Source of the DNA: an uncultured Alphaproteobacteria bacterium
Lineage (GTDB): Bacteria; Pseudomonadota; Alphaproteobacteria; Acetobacterales; Acetobacteraceae
DNA length: 64,000 nt
Direction: 5' to 3'
NCBI GenBank assembly: GCA_963739725.1
Contig: CAVUBS010000018.1
Span: 366 to 64,365, forward strand
Part shown: positions 30,375 through 40,460 of the stretch, piece after piece
How positions within the stretch are numbered: the first letter of the stretch is position 1
How the letters are laid out: every line of letters starts with the position of its first letter
The notes under the pieces: model-generated
Told to the model about the DNA's origin: nothing
Databases searched by the model: none
The model's input: the letters and a program-made list of their open reading frames with translations, nothing else
Program-made: the position numbers and the translations under genes

Positions 30375-30660
30375 CCTCATACTTCCTCGTCATGGTCGGC
30401 GAAGCTCGGCCATCCACGTCTTTGCTGCAAGCGCAAAGAGAAGACGCGGATGCCGACCTGCGTCGGCATGACGATGTGGAAGCGTCCGTTGCGCCACGTG
30501 GAGCACTTATTTCCCGGCGAATCTAAGGGCGGCATGGTCGGGACAATGTTGCATGGAACAGGTGCTCCTTGCCGGTCGATAGCTGAGGGCCCATCGCCAC
30601 TCGTTTCTCCGTCATGGCCGGGACACCTGTCCCGGCCACGACGGTATAACAGCAGCGGAA
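30375..30660. repeat. Intergenic palindromic elements (family D: CGTCATGGCCGGGAC...GTCCCGGCCACGACGG type)
   Basis: ctcgtcatggtcggcgaagctcggccatccacgtcttt...gcggatgccgacctgcgtcggcatgacg at about 30385-30475. A near-perfect hairpin ccgtcatggccgggacacctgtcccggccacgacgg at about 30609-30644. Elements of this kind are commonly seen as repeats in alphaproteobacterial intergenic DNA. Confidence 0.55.
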
Positions 30661-30699
30661 AGTGTCTGCGGAGACGGCGCTTGGTATGACAGGTTCCGC

Positions 30700-31887
30700 A
30701 TGAGGCCCGGCTTTCCCACCTTTTTGGCGGTCTACGCGCTGCTCTACGCAGCATTCGGCGTGCAGTCACCCTTCCTGCCGGCGTTGCTTCGCGAGCGGGG
30801 ACTGCACGTCGAGGAAATCGGCGTCGTGCTCGGTGCGTCCACGGCGATTCGCGTTCTGGCCGGGCCCGCAGTCGCCCATGCCGCCGATCGATTGCAGAGC
30901 CACACGCGCCTGCTGGGAGCCTGCGCGTTTGCCGCAGCCGTAGCCGGTCTGGGATATGTGGCGATGCATGGGTTTGGGGATTTGCTGATCGTGGGGCTGG
31001 TCCATGCAGCGATGTTGGCGCCGATCGTGCCCATCTCCGACGCGCTTGCCACAACAGCCGCACGACGCAGCGAGGCCGCTGAATACAAGCGGTTCGAGTA
31101 TGGCTGGCTGCGGGCATCCGGCTCGGCTGCCTTCGTGGCCGGCACTGTTCTGAGTGGCTGGGCGGCGGATCAGACGGATTTGGCGCGAATAATATGGATC
31201 AGCGGCACGTTGCTCATGTCCGGTGGCATTGTGGCTCTGCTGCTGCCAAAGCTTCAGCGGGATCAGGCCGTGCCCGGTCCGGGTCGAGCCGCCACCTTGC
31301 GTGACTGGTCTCTGCTGCTGCACTTGGCAGACTTCCGCCGCGTTCTCCTGATTGCCGCATTGATCGAGGGAAGTCATGCGCTGAACGACACGTTCGCTGT
31401 GATCCGCTGGCGCGCGGCGGACATCAGCCTGCCGACCATCAGCGTTCTTTGGTCCGAGGCAGTGCTTTCGGAGGTACTGGTCTTTCTCGTGATCGGACCA
31501 CCGATGTTACGACAGCTCGGTCCAGGTGGCGCATGCGCCTCGGCGGCGGTGGCCGGAATTATCCGCTGGTCGGTCCTGGCCTGCACGACGTCGCCCATCC
31601 TGTTGGGGATCGTCCAGCCGCTGCATGGATTGACATTCGCGTTCCTGCACCTGGCCTGCATGCGTGTAATCGTGCAGGTGGTGCCGCTTCGCCTGGCAGC
31701 GACGGCGCAATCGATTTACGGCACCGTGTGCATCGGACTGGCGACCGCCTTGCTGACCCTGATCTCCGGCGCTCTCTACAACCGAATGGGCGGGCTTGCG
31801 TTCTTCGTCATGGCGGCGCTTTGCCTGTTGGCGCTGCCGATATGTGGCGGGCTCCGTTCATCGGACGCGCAGGCATACTCCCGATAG
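30700..31887 (+). CDS. MFS transporter (HcaT / MFS_1_like-type)
   Basis: 395 aa with about 12 predicted helices. N-terminus FLAVYALLYAAFGVQSPFLPALLRERGL. Confidence 0.8.
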   Translation: MRPGFPTFLAVYALLYAAFGVQSPFLPALLRERGLHVEEIGVVLGASTAIRVLAGPAVAHAADRLQSHTRLLGACAFAAAVAGLGYVAMHGFGDLLIVGLVHAAMLAPIVPISDALATTAARRSEAAEYKRFEYGWLRASGSAAFVAGTVLSGWAADQTDLARIIWISGTLLMSGGIVALLLPKLQRDQAVPGPGRAATLRDWSLLLHLADFRRVLLIAALIEGSHALNDTFAVIRWRAADISLPTISVLWSEAVLSEVLVFLVIGPPMLRQLGPGGACASAAVAGIIRWSVLACTTSPILLGIVQPLHGLTFAFLHLACMRVIVQVVPLRLAATAQSIYGTVCIGLATALLTLISGALYNRMGGLAFFVMAALCLLALPICGGLRSSDAQAYSR

Positions 31888-31904
31888 CGCCAGCCGCCGG
31901 CCAG

Positions 31905-32663
31905 TCATGAAATGGTAATGCCACTATCCACCGGATACACCTGCCCGGTGACCATTCTCGCCTCGTCCGACGCCAGGAACACCGCCATGTTGGCGATGTC
32001 CTCCGGCTCGATCAGACCCATCAGATGCGCCGCCGCGATCTTCGTCACGCGCGAGTTGCCTGCATCGAGCCGTCCGCGCACACGATCCGTCATCGTCGCC
32101 GCGGGAGCGATGGCATTGACGCGCACCTTTTGTGACGCGAACTCCACCGCCATCGATCGGGTGATGGCGGCGATGCCGCCCTTCGCGGCAGTGTAGCAAT
32201 CGAGGCCGGCAATCCCCATCAACGCGACATTCGAGGCCATGTTGATCACCGCCCCACCACCGGATGCGATGATCGCCGGTATCCCAAAGCGGCACCCCAG
32301 GAATGTTCCGAACAGATCGAGACGGATCGCGCGCCAGAATTCCTCGATCGGCGCCTCGACCACCGTGCCGTCCGCCGGGGTCGATCCACCCGCATTGTTG
32401 TGGAGGACATGCAAGCCGCCGAAATGCCGCACCGCAGTGTCGATTGCCGCCTTGATGCTGTCTTCCTGGCTGACGTCGGTGGTGACCGCGATGCAGGTTC
32501 CTCCGGCCTGCGACACGATCTGCGCGGTCTGTTCACCCGCCGCGGCATTGATTTCGGCGACGACGACCTTCGCGCCATTCGCTGCCATGGCGCGTGCCGT
32601 CGCGCGGCCGATACCGGTGCCCGCACCGGTGATCAGAGCAACCTTCCCATCCAGCCGTGGCAT
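31905..32663 (-). CDS. SDR family oxidoreductase
   Basis: Start MPRLDGKVALITGAGTGIGRA (cat at 32661-32663). HNNAGG and YTAAKGG (the YxxxK motif). 252 aa. Confidence 0.9.
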   Translation of the reverse strand: MPRLDGKVALITGAGTGIGRATARAMAANGAKVVVAEINAAAGEQTAQIVSQAGGTCIAVTTDVSQEDSIKAAIDTAVRHFGGLHVLHNNAGGSTPADGTVVEAPIEEFWRAIRLDLFGTFLGCRFGIPAIIASGGGAVINMASNVALMGIAGLDCYTAAKGGIAAITRSMAVEFASQKVRVNAIAPAATMTDRVRGRLDAGNSRVTKIAAAHLMGLIEPEDIANMAVFLASDEARMVTGQVYPVDSGITIS

Positions 32664-32808
32664 TTTCTTACCTTCCCGCAAGGCGGCTTTCAGCGCCATG
32701 TCCTCGATTTCCGGAACCGTCAGCAGTAACCGTTGACCTGTCAACCGCGCGCCATGCGGTCCTCACGCCAGATTGCATCGGTGACGCCGAGGCGATTTCC
32801 CCCATCGG

Positions 32809-33276
32809 TCAGCCGGCGTACAGTCCTTGCCAATTGGGAAATGTTGGCTGCAGGGGTTCGAGAAGCGCGTCCACTTTCGCGTGAAGCCGCTCCAGCACCT
32901 GACGCTTTTCGTATGCCGTTCCTCCGAACGGATATTCGGACCGCAGCAGCACGGGGAGCAGCGCGCTTTCGACAAGGGCACAGACGTCGCTGGCCGAGCC
33001 GGTCGGCACCAATCCCCTGACGGCAAGTGCATGGACGACGAGCACAGCGAATGTCCGGCGTGCCGGCGTCTGTGGTGCTGCCGCGGCCGCTCTGATGACA
33101 GTATCGAGTGCAGGATTGGGAGGAAGCTCGGTCGCCAGCGCCGCCATGCCTCGACTGATGAGTATCCGTCGGGCTGACCGGAGTCGGGCCTCCGGCGTTG
33201 ATGCCTGTTCGGCGCCGGACAATGCCTCGGAGAGATCGCGCAGCGCAGCCTGTAGGTTCGCAGCCTGTAGGTTCAT
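32809..33276 (-). CDS. Hypothetical protein (about 155 aa); start uncertain (33276 or 33357)
   Basis: ORF 32809..33357. I recognise no family. The preferred start MNLQAANLQAAL avoids overlap with the upstream small ORF. A 15-bp tandem duplication follows that ATG immediately. Confidence 0.45.
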   Translation of the reverse strand: MNLQAANLQAALRDLSEALSGAEQASTPEARLRSARRILISRGMAALATELPPNPALDTVIRAAAAAPQTPARRTFAVLVVHALAVRGLVPTGSASDVCALVESALLPVLLRSEYPFGGTAYEKRQVLERLHAKVDALLEPLQPTFPNWQGLYAG

Positions 33277-33298
33277 CGCGTCATCGCATTGCAGGTGG

Positions 33299-33511
33299 TC
33301 AGCGCAAGCTACCACCCGTGATCGTCGGACGAAACTCCGAACCCGTCGGTCGTTCACGCGCCGCCAGGGACCGGCGCACCTGATCCAGGAGCGCGATCAG
33401 GGCCTGTTCGGTCACACCGTCGCTGTCCATCACGAGCCGGATGAGCGGGTCCCGCAGCAGGGCCGCCAGCGGTGCCTCGTTGTCTGATGCCGCACACACG
33501 ATGCCCTCCAA
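33299..33511 (-). CDS. Small hypothetical protein (70 aa)
   Basis: The ORF contains LLRDPLIRLVMDSDGVTEQALIALLDQVRRSL, which resembles small orphan proteins I recall from alphaproteobacteria. No functional assignment. Confidence 0.4.
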   Translation of the reverse strand: MEGIVCAASDNEAPLAALLRDPLIRLVMDSDGVTEQALIALLDQVRRSLAARERPTGSEFRPTITGGSLR

Positions 33512-33756
33512 CGTTGAGTAAGACCAGCGTAGGAGGCGATTTATTGCAGCACGTTGTCCGGATGGTGACGTGCTGTTTCATTGCATAGGCCGCGGTATTG
33601 CCTCCCGGCACACCCTCGAAGGCAGCCGGCCGGAGCCGATTTCCCGGCGCATTGCCGATCTTTGTGCCCGATCCGCGTTTGGGTTAGCCTCCCCGCGGGG
33701 CGGACCCAGGCAACGACAGACCAAGATCGGTGTGAGCGCGTCCAAAGGAGATCACT

Positions 33757-34677
33757 ATGATCAATCTGCACGATATTCGCTATGCGCGGCTGGGCACGCA
33801 GGACCTGGACGCTGCGGTCAAGTTCGCCACCACCATCGTGGGGCTGCAACTGGTCGCGCGGGAAGGCAACGCAGCCTATTTCAAAAGCGACAAGGCTGCG
33901 GTGCGTGGCGATACGCGCGATCATACGCTGGTGTATTTCGAAGGCGACCCGTCGGATCAGGCGATCGGCCTGGAACTCATCGATCCCGACGACCTCGACG
34001 CGGTGGGTGCTGCCCTGGAAGAGGCGGGCCGACCGGTTCGCTTCGGCACGCGCGAGGAGTGTGACAGCCGGCGCACACGGGCGTTCATCGCCTCATCCGA
34101 TCCGAGCGGCAACAAGCTGGAAATACTGGCGCGGCCATACAACAGCGGCACGCGGTTCTTCCCGGCGCGCGACGTGGGGATCACCAACTTCAGCCATGTC
34201 GCCCTGTTCAGTACCGACACCAAACGCGACACCGAGTTCTGGACGCGGCTGATCAACGCCCGCGTCTCGGATTGGCTGGGCGACGCGAGCTTCCTGCGCA
34301 TCGGCACCGTGCATCATACGGTGGTGCTGATGCCGTCGTCGCGCCCAGGCATCCAGCACATCAATCACCAGGTCGAGGACATCGACGACGTTATGCGCTC
34401 GTACTACTGGCTGAAGCAGCAGGGCGTGAAGATCGTCTATGGCCCCGGGCGGCATCCGATTTCCACCGCGATGATGGTGTATTTCGAAGGACCGGAGGGC
34501 ATGGTGTACGAGTATTCCGTCGGGGTGAAGCACATCCTGCCCGAGCAGGAGGCCACCTACCGCCCGCGCCAGTTCTCGGTGGAAGGCTATAACGGCGACA
34601 TGTGGGGGTCGTTCACCGAGACGGAGGGATTGCCGCGCGAACCGGCCAACGGCAGGAAGATCCGACTGGTCGTGTAG
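33757..34677 (+). CDS. VOC family protein, extradiol ring-cleavage dioxygenase-like (two-domain)
   Basis: 306 aa, AAAGGAG upstream of the ATG. NFSHVALFSTD...HHTVVLM...HINHQVEDIDDV...GPGRHPIS...YFEGPEGMVYEY is typical of type I extradiol dioxygenases. Confidence 0.82.
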   Translation: MINLHDIRYARLGTQDLDAAVKFATTIVGLQLVAREGNAAYFKSDKAAVRGDTRDHTLVYFEGDPSDQAIGLELIDPDDLDAVGAALEEAGRPVRFGTREECDSRRTRAFIASSDPSGNKLEILARPYNSGTRFFPARDVGITNFSHVALFSTDTKRDTEFWTRLINARVSDWLGDASFLRIGTVHHTVVLMPSSRPGIQHINHQVEDIDDVMRSYYWLKQQGVKIVYGPGRHPISTAMMVYFEGPEGMVYEYSVGVKHILPEQEATYRPRQFSVEGYNGDMWGSFTETEGLPREPANGRKIRLVV

Positions 34678-34709
34678 CCTTGCGTGCAGCGACGACGGCC
34701 CGATGGCAA

Positions 34710-34770
34710 CGCCGGATCTTCATGGGGCCGGATCATCATAGGGCCGGATCATCATTGGGCCTGATCATTA
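34710..34770 (+). repeat. Degenerate 14-17-bp tandem repeat (GGGCCGGATCATCAT) x3-4 in the spacer between the two VOC genes
   Basis: gccggatcttcat / ggggccggatcatcata / gggccggatcatcatt / gggcctgatcatta, directly followed by GGGGAG and the ATG at 34784. Confidence 0.85.
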
Positions 34771-34783
34771 GGGGAGTGAGTTC

Positions 34784-35728
34784 ATGGCAGTGAAGGTTCG
34801 CGACCTCGCTTACGCTCGGCTCCGGTCTCCGGACCTGGACGCGCAGGAGGAATTCCTGACCGCGTTCGGCATGGTGCGTGCCGCGCGAACACCGACGGCG
34901 CTCTATATGCGCGGCACCGATCCGGCACATCACATCCATGTCACCGAAAAGGGCGATCCCGGCTTCATCGGCTTCGCATGGACCGTGCGCAATGCAGGCG
35001 ACCTCGAGGCGTTCGCAAAATTCCCCGGCGCGTCGGGCATCGAGAGCATCGACGAACCGGGCGGCGGCAGGCGCGTCCGCATGCAGGAACCCAACGGCTA
35101 CACGATCGAGATCGTGCACGGGATCGAGACCCTCCAGCCGATCCAGGTCGTGCGCCAGGCGATCAACTCCGGTGTCGAGCCGTTGAACCGTGCCGGCGAG
35201 GTCATTCGCTTCCCCGCCGGCCCGTCCAGCGTGAAGCGGATCGGCCATGCGGTCATGGGCTCGCCGAAGAACCAGGAGACCGTCCGCTGGTTCCGCGAAA
35301 CGCTGGGCCTGGTCTGCTCGGACGATGTTTACGCGGGGGACAAGGCGAACATCATCGGTCAGTTCAGCCGGATCGATGCCGGCGACGACTATGTCGACCA
35401 CCATGCGTTCTTCTGCATGAAGAATGAACGAACCGGGCTCAATCATTTCTCGTTCGAGGTGCAGGACATCGACGATGTCTTCATCGGCCACGAATACCTG
35501 ACCGGCCTGAGCAAGTACGAGCACATGTGGGGCATCGGCCGCCACCTGCTCGGCAGCCAGGTGTATGACTACTGGGCAGACCCGTGGGGCCGGGTCCATG
35601 AACACTGGGCGGACACCGACAGGCTGAACCTGCAGAACGGCGGCAACCTTGTCCCGGCCGAGGAAGGCCTCCGCTCACAATGGGGTTCCGGCCCGCCGGA
35701 CAAATTCAGAGGTCACGTCAGTCCCTGA
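34784..35728 (+). CDS. VOC family protein, extradiol dioxygenase-like (second paralogue)
   Basis: 314 aa: RIGHAVMGS...VDHHAFFCM...LNHFSFEVQDIDDV...GIGRHLLGSQVYDYWADPWGRVHEHWAD. Confidence 0.82.
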   Translation: MAVKVRDLAYARLRSPDLDAQEEFLTAFGMVRAARTPTALYMRGTDPAHHIHVTEKGDPGFIGFAWTVRNAGDLEAFAKFPGASGIESIDEPGGGRRVRMQEPNGYTIEIVHGIETLQPIQVVRQAINSGVEPLNRAGEVIRFPAGPSSVKRIGHAVMGSPKNQETVRWFRETLGLVCSDDVYAGDKANIIGQFSRIDAGDDYVDHHAFFCMKNERTGLNHFSFEVQDIDDVFIGHEYLTGLSKYEHMWGIGRHLLGSQVYDYWADPWGRVHEHWADTDRLNLQNGGNLVPAEEGLRSQWGSGPPDKFRGHVSP

Positions 35729-35828
35729 GACGACGATCGCCGGCCGTCTGCGGGACACGCCGCCGCTGCCGGCCTTGCCCAGTCGTGTCCCAGCTCGCAA
35801 TCTCAACGAGTAAACGCAGGGTTTTCCA

Positions 35829-36245
35829 ATGACCGGTGCCCGATGCAGTTGCGGCGCCCTTACACTGACGCTGCCAGGACCATCGAAATTGGTTGTCGCC
35901 TGTCATTGTCTTGATTGCCAACGCCGAACCGGCGCGCCGTTCGGCGTAGGCGCCTTTTATCCGGTCGACGCCGTCGCCGTTTCCGGAACGCCGAACGAGT
36001 TCACCCGCGATGCAGCAAGCGGCGGGAAGGTTCGCACCTACTTTTGCCCAAACTGCGGGTCGACGGTCTATTGGAAGGCCGACAATCTACCGTCACTGAT
36101 CGGCGTTGCAGTCGGCGCGCTGGCGGATCCGAAATACCCGGCTCCGGCAAGATCCGTTTTTGAGCAGTCGAAACATCATTGGGTTCAAATCGACGGTGCC
36201 GTCGAACACTTCCAGCAAGGCAGCGTCGCAAAAAATTCAAACTGA
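35829..36245 (+). CDS. GFA family (CENP-V/glutathione-dependent formaldehyde-activating-like) zinc protein
   Basis: 138 aa. The cysteine pattern CSCGALT...CHCLDCQRRTG...FCPNCGSTVYW is diagnostic of the GFA domain. Confidence 0.85.
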   Translation: MTGARCSCGALTLTLPGPSKLVVACHCLDCQRRTGAPFGVGAFYPVDAVAVSGTPNEFTRDAASGGKVRTYFCPNCGSTVYWKADNLPSLIGVAVGALADPKYPAPARSVFEQSKHHWVQIDGAVEHFQQGSVAKNSN

Positions 36246-36292
36246 GGCACCCCCCTTGCCCACCCACGGCGCCAAGGTCTAGCAATCGCGCC

Positions 36293-37015
36293 ATGAGCAC
36301 CATCAGGCGGCCGGTGATCGGCGTGACGCTCGATTCCGAACAGCCGGGCGGCTATTCGAAATACCCGTGGTACGCGATCCGGCAGAACTACGCCGACGCC
36401 ATCGTCGCGGCCGGCGGGCTGCCCATCGCCCTGCCCCACGATGCGTCGCTCGCAGCCGCGTATCTCGACCGCATCGACGCGCTGGTCGTCACCGGCGGCG
36501 CGTTCGACGTCGATCCCGCGCTGTACGGCGACGGCGACCGGCACGCGACGGTGACGCTGAAGGAAGGCCGCACCGCCGCCGAACTGGCGCTCACCAACGG
36601 GGCGCTGGAACGCGGCATGCCGGTGCTCGGCATCTGCGGCGGCGAGCAGTTGCTCGCGGTGGCGCTCGGCGGCACGCTGATCCAGCACATCCCCGATGCG
36701 ATCGCCGATCCGCTGGAACACGAGCAGACCAATCCGCGCCACGAACCCGGCCATGCCGTCGCCATCACCAGCGGCACGCTGCTGCACCGCATCGTCGGCG
36801 CCGACACGATGCGGGTGAACTCGGCGCACCACCAGGCGGTGCGCGACCCCGGTCCGTTCGCCGTGGTGAACGCCGTCGCGCCGGACCAGGTGATCGAGGG
36901 CGTGGAAGACGCGCGCTACCGGTTCGCCCTCGGCGTGCAGTGGCATCCGGAATTCTTCATCGATCCCGGCGACCGCCGCATCTTCGACGCGCTGGTCGCC
37001 GCCTGCCGCGCATGA
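36293..37015 (+). CDS. Class I glutamine amidotransferase, peptidase C26 (gamma-glutamyl-GABA hydrolase-like)
   Basis: ATG 36293 inside ORF 36179..37015. VIGVTLD...PVLGICGGEQLL...NSAHHQAV...GVQWHPEF (Cys-His-Glu triad context). 240 aa. Confidence 0.88.
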   Translation: MSTIRRPVIGVTLDSEQPGGYSKYPWYAIRQNYADAIVAAGGLPIALPHDASLAAAYLDRIDALVVTGGAFDVDPALYGDGDRHATVTLKEGRTAAELALTNGALERGMPVLGICGGEQLLAVALGGTLIQHIPDAIADPLEHEQTNPRHEPGHAVAITSGTLLHRIVGADTMRVNSAHHQAVRDPGPFAVVNAVAPDQVIEGVEDARYRFALGVQWHPEFFIDPGDRRIFDALVAACRA

Positions 37016-37743
37016 GCGATCCCCTCCGCGGGGAACGCATCGCCAAATGGCTCGCGCGCGCGGGCGTGACCAGCCGCCGCGACGCCGAACGCCTGCTGGT
37101 GGAAGGCCATGTCGTGCTGAACAACACCCGGGTCTCGCACCCGGCCACGTTCGTCTCGCCCGGCGACATCGTCGTGGTGAACGGCATGGTGGTGGACGCG
37201 CCGGAACGCACCCGGCTGTGGCGCTACCACAAGCCGGTCGGCCTGGTGACGACGCACCGCGATCCGCAGGGACGCCCGACGGTGTTCGAGAAGCTGCCGC
37301 CAGGGCTGCCGCGCGTGGTCAGCATCGGCCGGCTCGATCTCACCAGCGAGGGCCTGCTGCTGCTCACCAACGACGGCACGCTCGCGCGCAAGCTGGAGCT
37401 GCCGGCGACCGGGTGGATCCGGCGCTATCGCGTGCGCGTGCACGGCATTCCGGACCCGCACGGGCTGGCCTCGCTCGCCAGGGGCATCACCATCGACGGC
37501 GCGCACTATGGCGCGATCGATGCGGGGCTGGATTCGCGCAAGGGCGACAATGCCTGGCTGACCGTCAGCCTGCACGAGGGCCGCAACCGCGAGATCCGCC
37601 GCGTGATGGCGCATCTCGGCCTTGCCGTGACGCGGCTGATACGGATTGCGTACGGGCCGTTCCAGCTCGGCACGCTGCCGCGCGGCGCGGTGGACGAGGT
37701 GCCGGCGCGCGTGCTGCGCGATCAGTTGCCGCGCGAGGGGTAG
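37012..37743 (+). CDS. rluB: Pseudouridine synthase, RsuA/RluB family (S4 domain + catalytic domain)
   Basis: The ATG at 37012 overlaps the previous stop (ATGA). RIAKWLARAGVTSRRDAERLL (S4), then VSIGRLDLTSEGLLLLTNDG (catalytic Asp motif) and HEGRNREIRRV. Confidence 0.88.
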   Translation: MSDPLRGERIAKWLARAGVTSRRDAERLLVEGHVVLNNTRVSHPATFVSPGDIVVVNGMVVDAPERTRLWRYHKPVGLVTTHRDPQGRPTVFEKLPPGLPRVVSIGRLDLTSEGLLLLTNDGTLARKLELPATGWIRRYRVRVHGIPDPHGLASLARGITIDGAHYGAIDAGLDSRKGDNAWLTVSLHEGRNREIRRVMAHLGLAVTRLIRIAYGPFQLGTLPRGAVDEVPARVLRDQLPREG

Positions 37744-37760
37744 TGGTTTGGACGGGTTTG

Positions 37761-37910
37761 CAAGGAAGCAAGTTTCCACACGGAGAACACCGAGATTGCA
37801 CAGAGGGCCACCGAGAACGAAACCAGGCACTTCGCGCGAAGCGCATTCCTTATCTTCTCAGTGGCCCTCCGTGGTCCTCGGCCTTCTCCGTGTTGAATCT
37901 TGCTTGCTTG
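37761..37910. repeat. Long imperfect palindromic intergenic element, family A copy 1
   Basis: The left arm caagcaagtttccacacggagaacaccgag...gggccaccgagaacg pairs with the right arm ctcagtggccctccgtggtcctcggccttctccgtgttgaatcttgcttgcttg. The core is cttcgcgcgaagcgc. Related copies lie at 43358-43503 and 50228-50392, with a variant at 41478-41570. Confidence 0.8.
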
Positions 37911-37923
37911 CGTCCCGACACCA

Positions 37924-38473
37924 ATGAGGATCGTTGCCGGCATCTGGCGCGGCCGAACGCTGATCGCACCGCCCGGCAGCCAGACGCGACCCACCGCCGA
38001 CCGCGTGCGCCAGGCCCTGTTCGACATGCTGCTGCACGCGCCGTGGGGCGGACGCGATGCGCTGGAGGGCGCCCATGTGCTGGACGTATTCGCCGGCACC
38101 GGCGCGCTCGGCCTCGAAGCGCTGTCGCGCGGCGCGGCGCACGTCACGTTCATCGAGCAGGACCGCGCCGCTCTGGCCGCGCTGCGCGCCAACATCGCCG
38201 CCTGCCGCGCGGAGGATCGCTGCGCCGTGCTGCCGGTCGATGCGCTTGCCGCACTGCCGAACGCAGCCCGCACGCCTGGTATTCCTCGACCCGCCCTATG
38301 GGCATGATCTGGTGCGCCGCGCTGTGAGCCACCTGCGCGCCGTGGGCCGATTAGCGCCGGGCGCGATCATGGTGGCGGAAACCGGCCGCGACGAGCCGGC
38401 ACCGACATCGGCCCCATTGCTCGCCGAGCGTGTCCATGGCGCCGCCCGGATCAGCATCTGGCGCGAGGCGTAA
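37924..38473 (+). pseudogene. rsmD: 16S rRNA (guanine966-N2)-methyltransferase RsmD, frame broken once
   Basis: MRIVAGIWRGRTLIAPPGSQTRPTADRVRQALFDML...VLDVFAGTGALGLEALSRGA (frame 1) is followed by ARLVFLDPPYGHDL (the DPPY motif, frame 2). The break is near 38266-38270 in a CCC run. Confidence 0.9.
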
Positions 38474-38586
38474 TCCCAGGTTTTGGTGCCGTCATGGCCA
38501 GGCGTGGTCCGTAACAACGCCAGCCACGGTTAGCGCATCGTGCGAGGCTTCCCTATCATCGGCGGCCAACAGGGGAGACGCGCGGC

Positions 38587-40450
38587 ATGTCGGCGAGCGA
38601 TCGTGTTGCAGTGGCGGACGGCTTCGCCGGCGACGTGGCCTCGCGCATCGACCGTGCCTTCGGGCGCGCGCTGGAAGTCGGCACCGCCCTCCTGGTCACC
38701 GCCGAGATCGTCATCCTGTTCGTCGGCATCGTCGCGCGCTACGCGTTCCACCACCCGCTGATCTGGTCGGACGAACTCGCCTCGCTGCTGTTCCTGTGGC
38801 TCGCCATGCTCGGCACGGTGCTGGCGCTGCGCCGCGGCGAGCACATGCGGATGACGGCGCTGGTCAACACCGGCTCGCACCGGGTCCGGCACTTCTTCGA
38901 CCTGCTCGCGCTCGCCGCCACGCTGGCGTTCCTCGGCGCGATCCTGCTGCCGGCCTTCGACTACGCCGCGAACGAGTCGATCGTCAGCATCATGTCGCTC
39001 GACATCTCGATGGCCTGGCGCGCCGCGGCGATGCCGGTCGGCGTCGCGCTGCTGGGGCTGACGATCCTGCTGCGCATCCTCGCCCAGCCGCGACCGGCGA
39101 CCCTGCTGGCACTGGCACTCGTCGCCGCCATCGTGCGGCGCGCTGGTGCTGCTGCACCCCGTGCTGCTCACGCTCGGCCGCGGCAACCTGATCGTGTTCT
39201 TCCTGGGCGTCGTCTCGCTCACCGTGTTCGCCGGCATTCCGATCGCGTTCTCGTTCGGCCTGGCGACGCTCGGCTATCTCGCGTTCGCCACGCACGTGCC
39301 GATCACGGTGCTGGTCGCGCGGATGGACAGCGGCATGTCGCATCCGGTGCTGCTGTCGGTGCCGCTGTTCGTGTTCCTGGGCCTGCTGATCGAGATGACC
39401 GGCATGGCGCAGGTCATGGTGCGCTTCCTCGCCAACCTGCTCGGCCATGTGCGCGGCGGGCTGTCGTTCGTGCTGATCGGCGCGATGTACCTGGTGTCCG
39501 GCATCTCCGGCTCGAAGGCCGCCGACATGGCCGCCGTCGCGCCGGTGCTGTTCCCCGAGATGGAGCAGCGCGGCGCCCGGCGCGGCGACCTCGTCGCACT
39601 GCTGGCGGCGACCGGCGCACAGACCGAAACCATCCCGCCCAGCCTGATCCTGATCACCATCGGCTCGGTCACCTCGATCTCGATCGCCGCGCTGTTCACC
39701 GGCGGGCTGCTGCCGGGCCTGGTGGTCGGGCTGATCCTGTGCGTGCTGGTCGGCTGGCGCGCCCGCCGGGAGGACCGCGCCACCCCGCCGCGCGCCGGCA
39801 TGGCGGAGATCGGCCGCAGCTTCCTGATCGCGATTCCCGCACTGGCGCTGCCGTTCCTGATCCGCGGCGCCGTGGTGGGCGGCGTCGCCACCGCGACCGA
39901 GGTCTCCACCATCGGCATCGTCTATTCGGCGCTGGCGGGTCTGCTGATCTACCGCCGGTTCGATCTGTCCCGGCTGCTGCCGATGCTGGTGCAGACCGCC
40001 TCGCTCACCGGGGCGATCCTGCTGATCGTCGGCGCCGCCACCGGCATGGCCTGGGCGATCACCTCGTCGGGCTTTTCCCGGGTCGTCGCCGGCTGGATCG
40101 CGGTGATGCCGGGCGGGGCCGCGTCGTTCATGGCGATCTCGATCGTGCTGTTCGTGGTGCTCGGCAGCGTGCTGGAGGGCATTCCCGTCATCGTGCTGTT
40201 CGGCCCGCTGCTGTTCCCGATCGCGCGCCAGGTCGGCATCCACGAGGTGCACTATGCGATGGTGGCGATCCTGGCGATGGGCGTCGGGCTGTTCGCGCCG
40301 CCGTTCGGCGTCGGCTACTACGTCGCCTGCGCGATCGGCCGCTGCAATCCCGATGACGGCATGCGCCATATCTGGCGCTATCTCGCCGCACTGATGATCG
40401 GCCTGGTCATCGTCGCCGCCGTGCCGTGGATTTCCATTGGATTCCTGTGA
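38587..40450 (+). pseudogene. TRAP transporter permease, apparently fused small (DctQ) + large (DctM) subunits, frame break at the junction
   Basis: A DctQ-like 4-helix part (frame 1, to about 39135) is followed by the DctM part in frame 2: AGIPIAFSFGLATLGYL...LLSVPLFVFLGLLIEMTGM...VSGISGSKAADMAAV. Frame 1 has no stop at the junction. The break is near 39131-39146. Confidence 0.8.
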
Positions 40451-40460
40451 GGTAACGAAC

